Positions 39,788 to 52,746 of a stretch of 64,000 bases of DNA are shown here, piece after piece. The stretch lies in assembly GCA_964187785.1 (NCBI GenBank), contig OZ076418.1:24490001-24554000 (forward strand). Direction: 5' to 3'. The stretch's first letter is position 1; every line of letters starts with the position of its first letter. Both the position numbers and the translations under genes were made by a program. Below the pieces are notes generated by a model. The model saw only the letters and a list, made by a program, of their open reading frames with translations. It made no database searches and was not told where the DNA came from. Source of the DNA: Amphiscolops sp. MND2022. Its lineage: Eukaryota.

Positions 39788-40471
39788 GGTGTGCGTTCAT
39801 TTCACCCCATATCATTTCACCCCATATCATTTCACCCCACGTTCATATCACCCCACATTTATTTCACCCCACATTCTTTTCACCCCACGTTCATTTCACC
39901 CCACTTTCATTTCGCCTCACGTTCACTTCACCTCACTTTCTTTTCGCACCATATTGTTATTATACAGCAGCGTGTTACGTTAATTAGCCAATTAACAATT
40001 AAACTTTCATGCCTACTGTCTTTGAGTTAGGTTTGAGGTTTCTGGCATGTAGGAACTTTTTTGCGGTAGGAAAGCGGATTAGGAATTTTTTGCTGAAGAT
40101 TCGCAGCATCCATAATTGTAGATTTTGATTGACAGAAAAAATGATTTTTCTGAGCTCCTTAATCAGAAGTATGACAATTCTGATAAGTGAAACTTTTCGG
40201 TTCCGATCTTGTGGTTCACGTAGCAAGCATCGTTTGCTTATCTAATTGGTTTTAAGATCCAAGACGCCTTTCTATTAGCGCTAAGATTGAAATTAGGTGG
40301 CAATAGTCATTTATCTGAGACGCATTTGATAATTCAAGTAAGGGGTGAAATAAATTTGGGGTGAAATGAACGTGGGATGAAATGAACCTGGGGTGAATGA
40401 ATATGGGGTGAAATGAATATGGGTGAAATGATATAGGGTGAAATGAACTTGGGGTGAAATGATACTAAACC
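39788..40471. mobile_element. MULE/foldback-like MITE with (TCATTTCACCCCA)n TIRs
   Basis: Inverted arrays at 39795-39950 and 40340-40465; exact 8-bp TSD GTTCACAT (39780-39787, 40472-40479). Confidence 0.85.
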
Positions 40472-43296
40472 GTTCACATACCCCTAGTGTGGAGCGACGT
40501 GCCATATGGCCATGCCTCATTGTTGCTACTTGGCGTACAACAAATATGCTAACCTCTTCAAATCAAGTTCCGTAAATATTGACTATAACAGCACTAAAAT
40601 CTAGTAATTTGAATTCCGCTGTTTGAGACCTACTTTGTAGCGTTTTGCATGAAATGTTTGCTTTAATTTTGAACCACATGTAATGCCTCATATCCCTATT
40701 ACATACTGCTAGTGACTGTGTAGTTGATTCAAGAAAGAACTTTTCAATTGCTAAATTCTAGTCTAAGATTAACATGTGGACACTTTTTTGAACATCATGG
40801 AACACATGTTCTAGCAGTATATAAAAGGGATATGAGGCATTTGATTATGACGTGTTAGGACTTAGAATATTTTGAAATTTTTGGACAAGTTTCTATTCAA
40901 CTGCTATTTTGTCCAGCATTTATGCATACTTACCTTCGGGTTTTTTTCGGCACTGTAATTTCTTCGAAAATACTTTTTCACTTAACCAAAGGGGCCCCAT
41001 TCGGTTTTTTGAACCTTTCAATTGAGGAAGCCCCTTAAAACCTAAAGTGACCCTTTTACGATATTTTTCAGCACTGTAAAAATTTCAAAACTTTCATAGG
41101 AAACATCTTTTCAGCGTGTATAGAAAACTATGCTTATGATCCTTCAGCGGGGCGCCGACTTTTTGAGTTTGCGAAAGTCCCACAAATTTGACATTGACAT
41201 GTACTTCTATTTCTTTTCTGTCACCATGGTGATTCATGCATTTTCATCATTTTCCACACTTTTAGAATATTACCTCTATGTATACAAGCACATTTTGAAA
41301 ACGCGTCTTTTTCTCCACCATTAATGTCGTAAACGTGAACAAAAAATGAAGATTGCTTTCCAATGACAACATCTTTGCTTTCGATTTATCGAAGTATCTC
41401 AATTGTAGCTTTTCATTACATTTCCCCCTGATTTCAAGGTAATACAAAAAGTGCGTGTACAAAAAAGATAAAAGACTTTTTCAGAAATCCTACTCACTAC
41501 AAAGGATTCATCGTCTTTTTAACAGACAATTGCTTTCTTCAAGAATGACTCCAACCGCGATCATCAAAGGCTCTCTTTTTGTTCATGAGGTCTGAAGATT
41601 CTTTTTTCTTCCTATGCAAACTGTTTTGACGTCAAATTTTTTTCCTCTCCAACCTTCAACAATTTTTCTATACTTTTCCCCGTTATTGTTATACATGTTG
41701 CCTGCTTCGATAGGAACACGAATGCAAGTTTACTCGACAACAGCTTGAAATCATTTAGAAGACGCGTCCATACAAATAAACTTTGATACACAGCTACTTG
41801 TGTTCAAAGCCTTCTCACGGTCCCCAAGTTTAGACACAGATAAAACCAAGGTAAATAATTATTTTATTTGTAGCTTTGTTCTCTGAAACTGAAAAAGGAA
41901 CAAGCCTGGAACAACAAAAGTCGGCGCCCAGCTTGAGGCTCAAAATGCGCTAAGTACTTCGAAGTTTTAAGGAACTGATTTTGAACCATTTTCAATCTCA
42001 CAGAGAGGAAAAACTAAAAAAAAAGAATTTCTTTGGACTCTAAAAGGATTTATTCCAACTTTCCAAAACGCTAAATGGCACTTTTCATGAAAATTCTGGT
42101 CACAAAGCCCGGAAAACTACTTTTGCGCTTAAAATTTTTTCGCATTGAAAAAGAAAAAAAATCATTTTGGTGCGATGAAAAATTTCCAGGAAAAAGTCGC
42201 ACAATGCCTAAAAAACCAAAGGGGACCTTAAACAGTTCTTTTTAAACAGAAATCATTATTAAAAATTAAGGTGAAAATTCAAATTTTGCGAGAAAATTGC
42301 ACAGTGCCGAAAATGAGCTCACATTTAGCTTGAAATACAATCACTCATCTTTTAAAAAAATGAAAGACCGTTTGAACGATTTTGGCTTTCCGCAAGTTTA
42401 TAGTCAGTTTTACTGGATTAAAAAATAGTATGTTTAACAAGCTATCAGATTTACTGATTCCTTTCATATATATTGTCTCTTTTCATAAAATGGCCCTACA
42501 TGCCTTGAGGAACTTTCACTGAATGAATGGTGGCTGTTTTGAACATAAAACACGATTTCTTGACAAAAGTTCAATCGATAGGCTCACAAGCCTATTAGCT
42601 ACAAGTATGCTATCGTGAATTAAATCTAACATCGTCACAAGAACAAAAGATGAAAAAATGATTGTTTTCCTGGGAGCTATAGGGTCTGATATTTTCGAGA
42701 TAATTTAATCGATATTCTAGTCTGAGCTACCAAGAACGGAATATGGACATCACAATTTCTTTCTTGAACATTTGGAACTTGTCTCGGTCCAAATCGAGAA
42801 TTTGCGTTTTTTTAAATTTCCCAGATCAAGAATCAAAATTTTGGATTTTTCCAAGGCTCGTACACTAAAAACTAAGAATCTTTTCAACTCTCAGAAATTA
42901 AAAGCAGAGCCCAACTTCAAAAATAATTGATAGCAAACAAAACGAAATTTGAGCATTCTCCTCGAATAAGGGGGATAACAGTCCTTATCGATCACAATAC
43001 AATATCCTTGCAAACATAGAATAATAGTCACGTTTTTTCCAAAAAATGTCATACATCTCTCGTTATTTACTATTATCAGCTAATTCAGTTGCAGTGCTAA
43101 TTGAAAAACGTCTGGCAACCTGAAAGTCAAAACCATTTTCAAAATGACAATATAAACAATCTTAATCACCAATTAAAAAATCAGAAATTGTCTACAATGC
43201 TAACCAAGAAAACGGAATTCACAAAAAATTCGCTCTACAAAATTGTGAAATTTCCAAACAAGGAAATTAAAATAGTACCTTGTTTGCCAAACATAC

Positions 43297-44101
43297 AGTA
43301 TTGAGCTCTTGTTGCGTTGCGAAATATCGATCGTGGAGCGTACGTTCTAGCGGACAGAAGGACGAGAACAGACATATCCTTGAAAAAATAATTGTAACAG
43401 CGTTTAAATAATATCAATTACATGTAACCGACACAAGACTGTATTACTTTTGTTTCAAACGAGACCAATTGCCATGCCACGAGTTGTAAAAATCAATCCA
43501 TTAAATGGTATTTCACGACGCATCATAATTGAATGAAATTCAGTAGATTACGCGAATTTACACGCAGTGTTCAACTGCCATGCATGGTCGATCAACGGCT
43601 ATTTCCGAGTACCGTCCTTGAGTATACCTATAACCTGTCAATAGAAAATGCGTGGCTGAAGCCAATACATCAAAGTTTTGTTTGTTGTTCATTGATTGAT
43701 TAACCTCTACAATGATTTCGTCATCAAATGAAGGCAGATTTTTTCGCAATGAAAAAAAAATTACAAAAAAAGTAAATAATTACGAAACGTTAAGAGATTA
43801 TAGGAAAACGAAACCTATATAGCTTTTTTTCCGAGCCACATGCAAAACAGTAACTGGGGAAAAGTGAGAATTTGTTGAATTTTACATTTGAGAAAAACAG
43901 CCTTTTCTCAATAACTACGCAGCTGGTTGCTAAGTTCTTGTCCCTCTCTAATGACTCACCAGACCACCATTGAAAACGCATATTGAAGTTTTTCATGAAG
44001 ATTTGTTATGAGTTTGACCGGCATTTTGAATAGCCCGGCAGAGCCGGACCCGCGTCGCCAGGGTGTCGCTCTCACCCCACCAAGTGTCCCCAACTCCCAG
44101 C
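43297..44101 (-). other. Candidate three-exon antisense unit (43960-44101, 43562-43627 or 43634, 43297-43378)
   Basis: Donors GTGAGT, GTAAAT and GTATGT; acceptors TTTTCTATTGACAG and TTATTTTTCAAG; a phase-compatible open frame exists. Product not recognised. Confidence 0.35.
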
Positions 44102-44486
44102 CTAACTAGTGTGCGCTTTAAAACTTAAATGAAGGGCTTTCAGGTAACAATAAAACTCTTTCATAGTTTTCATGAGAAAATTTTAAAATAATTAGTGTGT
44201 TTAAATAAAAGTTTATACAACCAATGCAAAACTGTTGACTAAGCTAATTCTCAATGAGCTCTTTCCAAAACAACGCAACAAAAACTTATTTCATTTCTGA
44301 AAACCCAATTTCAAACTCGAACCTGAGATGATTTCCCCAGAAAAACGACGTAGCAGTCTCTCAAAAATCGTTTAGTGAACTCACCAATAATGAATCTTTC
44401 GATCAGTCTTTTAGAGTTTGCATTTAGAACGAGCGATTCCGAAAAAAAGTGATTCTAAATAAAAATCTGAGACTTTCGAACAAGCA

Positions 44487-45050
44487 ACGCTGGTTGAGAT
44501 TGCTTGAACTTTTTGCATGCTGCAGGCCTGTATGCATGGTAAGTTTTCATAAAACCATGAAACCTAGAAACTTAAGTAATGTTCTGGCGGTAGATCTTGT
44601 GAAATTACATTTTCTACTACTGCAATTAATTTTGAAAATATTTGACACTTCGATATCAACACTCTTTGTTTTTTGTTTCTTGGACACTTTTTTCTCAACT
44701 ACTCATCTGATGTAGTCATCTGATCACCACCGCTTCTCAAATAGCACGCTGGGTATGACGCTGCATCGCAGTTTATAACGTGAATGAAATTGATTTGCTT
44801 CAAAATTGCGGAAACTTTTAACGTGCCAGCTGCATTTCAAATTCATTTGTTTTATAACTTCACCGTTTGAAACTGCCGCCGAAACTTTGATGAATCTTTC
44901 TAGTATTTTGAGAAAAATCGAATACAAGAAAGAAATGCTCTCGAGAAAGTTTCCGTGAAAAGTTTGGAAAGTCAATATAAAAGTTGCTGGTAGCTTTCAA
45001 GAACTTGTAAAGCTTTCAAGCAAGTTCAATAAGGAAAGGCTCGACTAGGG
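44487..45050. mobile_element. Diverged family A-type element
   Basis: CGCTGGTTGAGATTGCTTGAACTTTTTGCATG start and CTCGACTAGGG end. Confidence 0.7.
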
Positions 45051-45188
45051 TAATGAAAAAACTTGGCAGGAAAGTGCTAAAATGCAAAAGACGCAAGATG
45101 ATTGTTCCAATGCGTAGAGACTACTCAATGGAAGAATCATCTTGAGTCTTTCGCATCTTAGCACTTTCCTGCACAGTTTTTTTCATTA
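45051..45188. repeat. 138-bp imperfect hairpin between two family A termini
   Basis: TAATGAAAAAACTTGGCAGGAAAGTGCTAAAATGC... pairs with ...GCATCTTAGCACTTTCCTGCACAGTTTTTTTCATTA. Confidence 0.85.
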
Positions 45189-45992
45189 CCCTAGTCGAGA
45201 TTGCTCGAACATTTTAAATGCTGCATGGAAACATGCAGGCTGATTTTTTTTAACAAAACATGGGAAATTCTGGGAGCCTGCATAAAAACATTTTGTAGGA
45301 TTACAATGCAGCCTCCTCTATTTGAATTAAAACTAAAAAGATTTCCACTTTTTCACCGTCGCGATCACTTTGTGTTCACACGTAGGTTTCTCAAATAAGT
45401 ACCGTATGTAATCACCGTTAGTCAAATAGCATGCTGCATATGACGCTACTTTGAAACCTATAATGTGACTGAAGTGTATTTGCATTAAAATTGCAGTAAA
45501 ATTGATGAAGGTCTCTGATGTTGTCAAAATTAGGGTGGCAGGACAAAATAACCAAAGTCAAAAAAGCCAATGCCATAATATCCAATATGCCAAAATAGCC
45601 AATGTCAAAATAGCCAAGGCCAAAGAAGTCAATGCCAAAATAGCCAATGCCAAATAAACCAATACCAAAACAGCCAAAATGACACTATAACCAACAAGAA
45701 CAAAGTAGCCGAAACTAAAGGAGACTAATTACAGGTAAAGCTCTAACTAATGCCAGGCTTGATTAACGTCATTGCTATAATGACATTCTAAACCAACATC
45801 TGTATTGAAATACTACAGCAAAAGTGTTTCAACATATTAAACATTAATGTTGAAAAGAAACCATGATTAAAAGCAACATGGTGAGAATAGGGAAGCTAAG
45901 ATCGGAATTCAAGATTGTTTCATTCATCATCGAATCATTTCATTAGCAAAGTAGTCTTATAAATTCATTTCGATATCAATATCATTAAAACA

Positions 45993-47414
45993 ATGGAAGC
46001 AAAACTTACTCGGGGAACCACCCAGAAAAGTCAAAAGTTGATTGGTTTCAATGGCAATGAGTTCACAAAAAAACTCGCCACAAAAACAACAACACACTGA
46101 AGATGTTCCAAATAGCGCTCACATTCCTGCAAAGCAACAATAGTCACTTGTGCAGATCGTATGCTTTCAAGTAAAAACAGCCACAACGTAGTACCTGGCA
46201 AACCCGAAGCACGGCAAACTGTGGGAAGAGTGAAATTTACCGCTAGAAATGAGCAAGATTCTGTCCATTCTGCAGTAAGAGCTACACAAGTTGCAACTGT
46301 TGATGATGTTTCTGGTCAATTTTCCATGCCATCGCGGTCAGCATTGAATAGGACTGTGAACAGACAGAAGCAGAAGAACAATGAAAGCAGGAGGGCTGCC
46401 ATAACTTGCACAGAGAGGAACTTTGCCTTGCCTGACGAGTACAAGGACTTCTGCCTGTTCGATTCCGGCATGGATGACAAAGAAAGAATTCTCATTTTTG
46501 GTGATGCAACAATAGTTGCAGCATGCCCACGCATAAAACCTCTGGTTAAGTGACGGGACATTCAAAAATTGTCCTCTACAGTACTACCAACTTTACACAG
46601 TGCATATTCAAGTGGGCGGATTTTATCCACCGTGTGCTTACGCACTGCTCAGCATTAAACGGGAAACGACTTACCAACGGTTCATCGCAGCACTCAAAAT
46701 GCTGACGGGTGACTGTGATCCCTCAAGTATCCTGATCGACTCTGGGAAAACTGTTTTGAACGGTTTCACCAAAATGTATCTTTCCTCAAAAACAAGTGGA
46801 TGCGTTTTCCATCTCTGTCCAAAACTCATCAGAAAAATTTTGGGCTGGGACTCAAAACAGTGTACAATTACTATCCAGATTTCACTTTGAGCCTAAAAAT
46901 GATTCCTGCGTTAGTCTTTGTCACCCTGAGCGCGTGGATCCTTGCTTCAACTTGGTAACAGAAAAACTTGGCAAGTCATAGGACCAGCTAAACTTAGACG
47001 AGACTGTAGCGGAACAAACTGATGACGTGGCAAGGTATTTCCAGAGAACATACATAGAATGAGAAAAATTTGGTCGGACAGAGAAGACGCCGACGTTTTC
47101 TGTAGAGATTTGGAATAAAAACCGGGAGTCATCATACGGTTTGGTCAGAACTACAAGTGCAGTTGAAGGCTGGCATTTAGGAGTGACTGCTCTTTCCAGG
47201 GAAGCCACTCTCCAGTTCCGACGTTTTTGGCCAAAATCAAATTCGAAGTTACAACCAGAAGTTCATCTTCTTGAAGGCAGCTACGGGCACAGTGAATAAG
47301 GGTCGCAAAAAGTACCGCGAAATTGACGAGCAGTTTTTTCGTCCAGTCAATGATTACGATCCTGATGCCCCACTGAAGTTGTTGATGGGTCTCGCTCATT
47401 TGAACCATTTGTGA
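45993..47414 (+). pseudogene. FLYWCH-MULE DDE transposase pseudogene
   Basis: FLYWCH-like FNGNEF...*RCSK...CKATI...SHN; DGTFK..P..YYQLYTVH, YALL, ILID, SGCVFHL, RTTSAVEGWH; several stops and frameshifts. Confidence 0.9.
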
Positions 47415-47440
47415 TCCAAATTAATATTGGTATTTTAGAA

Positions 47441-47826
47441 CAAGACGGGAACGTCCCAAGTCGGCGCCATATCTTAGGCTCAAAAATATTCAAGGAACAA
47501 CTATTGTAAAAATTTGAAAAAAAAAAATTTCAAAAAAATTATTTTTGAAATTTTTTTTCGAAAAAAACGTATTTTTTAAGTCGCAAAATGCCGAAAAAAA
47601 TCCAAAGGGGGGACCCTTTGGGCACGTCCGGTTGTGTATGTTTCCTTGAAAAAGTAAAAACTGAAAGGGGGACTGAAAGTTTGCCTTCTGCGCAGAATTG
47701 CAGAATTGTAAGAAAAGTGGACCACTCAGAGTGAGATTGTCAACTGAAAAAAACAAAAAAAAAAAAAAACTACTCACTGTAAGAGTCGGGCTTTTTTCCT
47801 TAAGGGAAAAGGCGCCGACTAAAAAT
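47441..47826 (-). mobile_element. Family B Helentron/DINE-like element inside the MULE
   Basis: CAAGACGGGAACGTCCCAAGTCGGCGCC ... AGTCGGGCTTTTTTCCTTAAGGGAAAAGGCGCCGACTAAAAA. Confidence 0.75.
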
Positions 47827-49540
47827 AAAAGTCTGCGTTTTCTCCCGCAATAAGGAGAATTAAAATTCCAAAATTTGACACGTGAACCAAGGCGACATTA
47901 AGGTTTATCGTTACCCCTCCCGCCCATTCCCGACTTTTTTAAAGTGCATTCAATGTGACCGAAATCGGACCAGTTTTATCAATCAAATTGTTTTAGGTCA
48001 ATGCCTAGATCTGCTATGAAAGGTGTTCTCAAGCATGTATATGCGATCCCAAAGTTGCGTCATCAATTGTTTCATTTGTTCAAACTAAATAGTTCAAGAC
48101 CTTTTTCATGTGCGCGTCTGTACTCTCGCGTTGCTTATGATGCACATTGGCTAATATGCCACGCTGGCTATTTTGGCATTGGCTATTTTGTGACGTTGGA
48201 TATTTTGGCATTGGCTATCATGGCATTGGTTATTATGACTTAGGATATTCTGACATGTAACCCGGAAGTCGAACGATGTCCTAATGAAACCTGCAAAACG
48301 TTTCAGCGCAGAATTACCGCCAAATTTAAAATGCACCTTAAAGGCAGCTTGATAAAATTAAATCGGATCGGTGAAGTTTTAATGCATGGACTTTACTGTG
48401 AGTGTTTTATAAAATCATGGAAATTAAGCTTGGTAACCTACAAAAACTTGTAAAAACTTCAAGCAGTTCCAACCATGGTACTCAACCATTGAAAAACATG
48501 AAGTTTTTCTTCCATTCGTTGTTCACAAGCTCTGGAGTTCTTGAAAGAAACTGGAGCTTCAAATTGTACAAGTCTTAGCAACTTTTTTGCCCTGTATTTT
48601 ACTTTTTCATTGCGTTGAACGTTCAAAAAGTTTTTTTTGGAAAATCTTCAATTTCATTGAGTTTTTAAATAAACAACAAATTTCACTAAACACCTCCCAT
48701 TAGGTTTTTGAGTGTTTTTGAATGTCAGCAATAGAACAATAGAGAAATTGTTCGTTGTCACCATGGTAAAACGATGTGTAAAACGACGATCTCAACTAAA
48801 TGCTGCGTTTTTGACGAGGGTACATTTTGCAGAACGCTTCAGGAAAAAGATCCATACTTTAAAACTAAATACACGCTTTTTGCAGGCAGTTGTTCAACTG
48901 TGGTCTGATCATACCAATTCTATTACAAATCGAGACAAAGAAATTCTTCAATTGACACATCGTAAAACAGTTGGAATAACGCTTCTTATTTGCTTTAAGT
49001 AGACGCGAGGAGACGCCAATTTCAGTTGTCTTCACAAAGATCCCAGTGTTTTTATCATGAAAAAGTTTGGGAACAATTCGAAAAAAGTAGTGCTAATTGA
49101 AAGTCGAGATTTCGTGAACTTTTTACATGCTGCATGGAAATTTGCAGGCCAAATTTTTTTGAGAACATGGAAAATTCAGGAAGCATGCATGGAAAAATTT
49201 TGTTAAATTTTCAGGTGTTTTCACTATGCCGCGAAAAAATTTAATTCTCTTGGAAGTTTGAGTGTGAATTCAGGTTGATTTTTTTCCATTCCGTTTTTTT
49301 AACGAAATACTGATGCTTTTAGTCTTTATCTACGCGGTCATTGCACTTACGGTTTCCATCAACCGCCGGTTCAGCTATAAAACAAGATGTGAATGTTTGC
49401 CGAAATACCGGGTGTTTCCTTGTTGCATCTTTGTTCTCGATCGAAAACGTTTGAACAGATGCCTTTCCCGACAAAACAAACAGGAGCTGTGAGAAGTTAG
49501 ATGTTAGCTATGATAAGGATTCTTCTATACGTTACCACAG

Positions 49541-49604
49541 CAGCTTTTGAAGAGGCGAGAGAAGACGGGAAGAGATTTGACATCAAACAAGTATATGACA
49601 TCAG
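49541..49604 (+). CDS. Candidate exon (AFEEAREDGKRFDIKQVYDIR)
   Basis: Acceptor TTACCACAG, donor AG|GTCAAA, phase 1 to 2. Confidence 0.45.
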
Positions 49605-50954
49605 GTCAAAATTTTATCATCGTTCATGACAATTGTTCGCCCCCACTCATGACAATTAGAAAATGTTTTTTTTTCTCAAGAAAAATTGAGTTCTTTGTGT
49701 TGATTGCGTTGAGTGAACATGGCAGTACACGCTCTGTATAGTCAAACCACATTTTTTAGAAACGACCGAAGTTTCATATGCGCTCCGCCTGGTAGAAAAA
49801 AAAGAGAGAACTAAAAACACAAATCTTTGTTAGTATGAGCTTCGTGTGTTGAAGTTTGATGAAAGCACCTCATGGTAAATGATATTTTCACGTTGAAATT
49901 GATTCTTCAGATTCCAGTTTCATATGTGCGCCTAGATTTCGTTTCTGGAGCTCCTCGAAACAATCAACATCAAGTTATAAAATAGTAGACTTCGTTCCCA
50001 AAAAGGCAGTTATTTTACTAGAAGGAATACAATTCTTCCCAATATTTCATCTGACATTTTGAACAAGCTCAACTGCCTATGGAAAAGGTCAAGAGGCTCT
50101 TAGCCATGTCAGAGAGCGTGTTTGCAAAGCAAGAGGAGATTGAATAACATTAATGCATTCACGCAAGGGCATATAGGGAGAAGCTGGGAAAGTGACTAGA
50201 AAATCCCAAATTCACTTCCCCCGATCAATTCGAACGGGCCCAAGGGTTATCACAGGGAAGTTGCTACTCCTGGTAAAAAATTAAATGGACTATAAGGGAT
50301 TTCTCATAAGGGTCTTTTTTCTAAGCTGAGCTCTTAGGGTCAAAAAATGAAGTCTTTCAAACTTTGATTTGAAAGATATATAAATATATGATGGAATACC
50401 CGTACGATTTTTTTACGAGTCAATTAGACCAAACGAATAAAAAACAGAAATTATTCAATTGGTTCTGCATGCTGTAGTGAATGCAAATTATAACAACTGA
50501 TGTTAAAGTATTTAATTTTACGATCTTTACGTTTATTTTTTTGACAATCCTCTTTTGAAGCAGTTCAATATTCTAAGCCGCCCTATCCGCATTTGATCAA
50601 TAAATTTGCATATTTCTCATTCAATTAGACGAGCATTTCCTACCAGCAGTTCCTGGCACTCACATTCAAAATCAAACGACCTTTTTGGGGATAACTACAA
50701 GCACCTTGGACAATAATTTTTAATATTTCATTATAACTCACTCAGCAAGCCGAGACGGCCGACGTCGGGATGCTGTTTGAGGAGCAATGCTCAAAAGGAA
50801 CAATAAAGTTCCATATTATCTCTGGTGCAGTATTTTTTTAACTTTTCGACTGGTTTCATATCCGGCTAACTTCGAAGAACCCATTGTACCATCTTAAGCT
50901 TTGATTGGCTGCGGAAAGATGGGAACCGCGACCAAAAAAACTTGAGGTGGCAAA

Positions 50955-51095
50955 GGTTACGGGCAATTAGTTGGCAGTCTGCACTCTTTAGCTCAATGTA
51001 GCCGTCCCGATATCGCCGAAGCATCTCATCAACAAAATAATTTCTTTGAAAGTCCACCAAGAACATTGTTAAACGCTAAACGGTTTCCAAGCAGG
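50955..51095 (+). pseudogene. Ty1/copia RT C-terminal fragment
   Basis: YGQLVGSLHSLAQCSRPDIA...NAKRF matches the copia YRxLVGSLxYL..TRPDIA..AAKR motif. Confidence 0.7.
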
Positions 51096-51519
51096 AAACC
51101 AAAAAGTAAAATTAGTTGCATTGTTTACCCAGTAACAAAAGCAGAAGAATGTAATTAGGCGCATTCGAACAATCTCTATATAATTTATTCGAACTTGGAG
51201 TTAAGTAATCAGAAAAAGCTACATGAGCAGTAATCATCCTGAATTCAAGCAAATACTCCTAGTTTCCATGAACTAGCGCATCGTGTGTAATCATTTCTTA
51301 TGACTACAGTGACTTTTCTTTCCCCAGATTTCACACATAGGACAGTGCAAATACTCTCCCTGTCGACGTTTTTTTATCTAAGTTTGCGATAATTAAATAA
51401 ATGTCCAAAATCAAGATGGTCGACCCCGGAGTACAACAACAAAACATTGTGAAAACCTTTGGCTTTTACTTATTTTCCAGTGAGAAATTGGTGTTACTCA
51501 GACTATTTCCGCTCCCTTT

Positions 51520-51817
51520 GTACATTAGAAGACACTTAGAAATTTTCGAGAAAAAAGTCTCACAGGGCCAAAAAAATCAAAACGGGGGGTCTTTTAGTCT
51601 CATTCGGTTTTGTATGTTACGTTAAAAAAAAATGAGACGAGGGACCCTTTGCACTACCTTAGATGCGTTTTTGCTGGCCAGACTTGGCCGGTACAGTAGC
51701 TTAGTAGTTTTAGTAAATTCTACAAAAAGTGTCCACTACATATACAATCTGTTATCTGACGAAAAAACTAGTCACTGTAATAGTATGGCTCATTATGTTA
51801 AAATGCGCCGACTAAAA
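51520..51817 (-). mobile_element. Truncated family B element (other partial copies at about 31117-31175, 40930-41165, 55190-55460)
   Basis: GCGCCGACTAAAAA terminus, GGGACCCTTT units and TAGTAG tract. Confidence 0.7.
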
Positions 51818-52546
51818 ATCATAAGCGCGGCGGGATGTCGCGCTTGCCCTCGAACAGAAACGTTCAATGGTCTGCAGAAGGTGCTACAAATTGACTATAC
51901 TCCAGGGCCTAAAACAATGTGAACTTATCATTTCTCAGATCAGAAAATTTTGATGAAAGAGCTGAAGAGAAAAATGAAAAAAATTTTTGAAGAAAAATAT
52001 AAAAATGTATTTTTGGCAGAAACCCGAAGGCGTCATACTTGATGACGGAAACTTAGATTGTACAAAAACTAGTCTACATCCTTGTTGTACTTCCTCAGGG
52101 AGAATGGTTTCTGTATCTTTTATGTTTTCAGAAATTCAGAAATTTTTCATCCCTTTTCTTCTCAAAAAAATAAGTACGAAAAAACATTTTGACGTCAGTT
52201 TTGAGTTAAAATTTAGCATAACTTGCTTGTAAATTTTACAAAACCATCACAGGCACTTTTCACAACAAAATCTCAACTTTTTGACTGACATTTGAAAGAA
52301 GAGTTTACGATTATTATTTCCGAGTTGTACCTTCTGAAACTATATTATTAGAAAATGTAGAGACGTTTGACCAAGCTGTCTGTCGCAGGCTGCCGCCTGT
52401 GACGGTACGAGTGTGACAACGTCGGCAACTGGACAGGAATTCGTACCCGGAACATTACCCATTTATTAATCGGGATAATTTACAAACTTAGGACTTTCAT
52501 GCTGTTTTGTTATTCAATACATGATATGTTTGTTAATGTTGTTAGT

Positions 52547-52746
52547 NNNNNNNNNNNNNNNNNNNNNNNNNNNNNNNNNNNNNNNNNNNNNNNNNNNNNN
52601 NNNNNNNNNNNNNNNNNNNNNNNNNNNNNNNNNNNNNNNNNNNNNNNNNNNNNNNNNNNNNNNNNNNNNNNNNNNNNNNNNNNNNNNNNNNNNNNNNNNN
52701 NNNNNNNNNNNNNNNNNNNNNNNNNNNNNNNNNNNNNNNNNNNNNN
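52547..52746. other. Assembly gap, 200 N
   Basis: Exactly 200 N, a round number typical of a placeholder scaffold gap of unknown size. Confidence 0.99.

Larger units (their letters stand above)
45533..48263 (+). mobile_element. Mutator-like (MULE) transposon with long subrepeat TIRs (GCCAAAATAGCCAAT)
   Basis: GGGTGGCAGGACAAAATAACC... vs reverse complement GGGTTACATGTCAGAATATCC...; encloses a transposase pseudogene. TSD not recognisable. Confidence 0.85.
45189..48478. mobile_element. Family A element split by a MULE (45189-45532 plus 48264-48478), TSD TA
   Basis: Family A sequence stops at CAAAATTA and resumes at GAACGATGTCCTAATGAAACCTGC; TA on both outer flanks. Confidence 0.85.

Noticed and set aside
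39795-40465. CRISPR-like or coding repeat arrays (also 7650-8000 and 45540-45680)
   Set aside because: No unique spacers; these are inverted transposon TIR subrepeats in a eukaryotic context.
29037-49604. Assigning the micro-exon protein to cytochrome P450 or K2P channels
   Set aside because: Only loose local resemblance; no AGxxT, ExxR, heme Cys motif or GYG filter was found.
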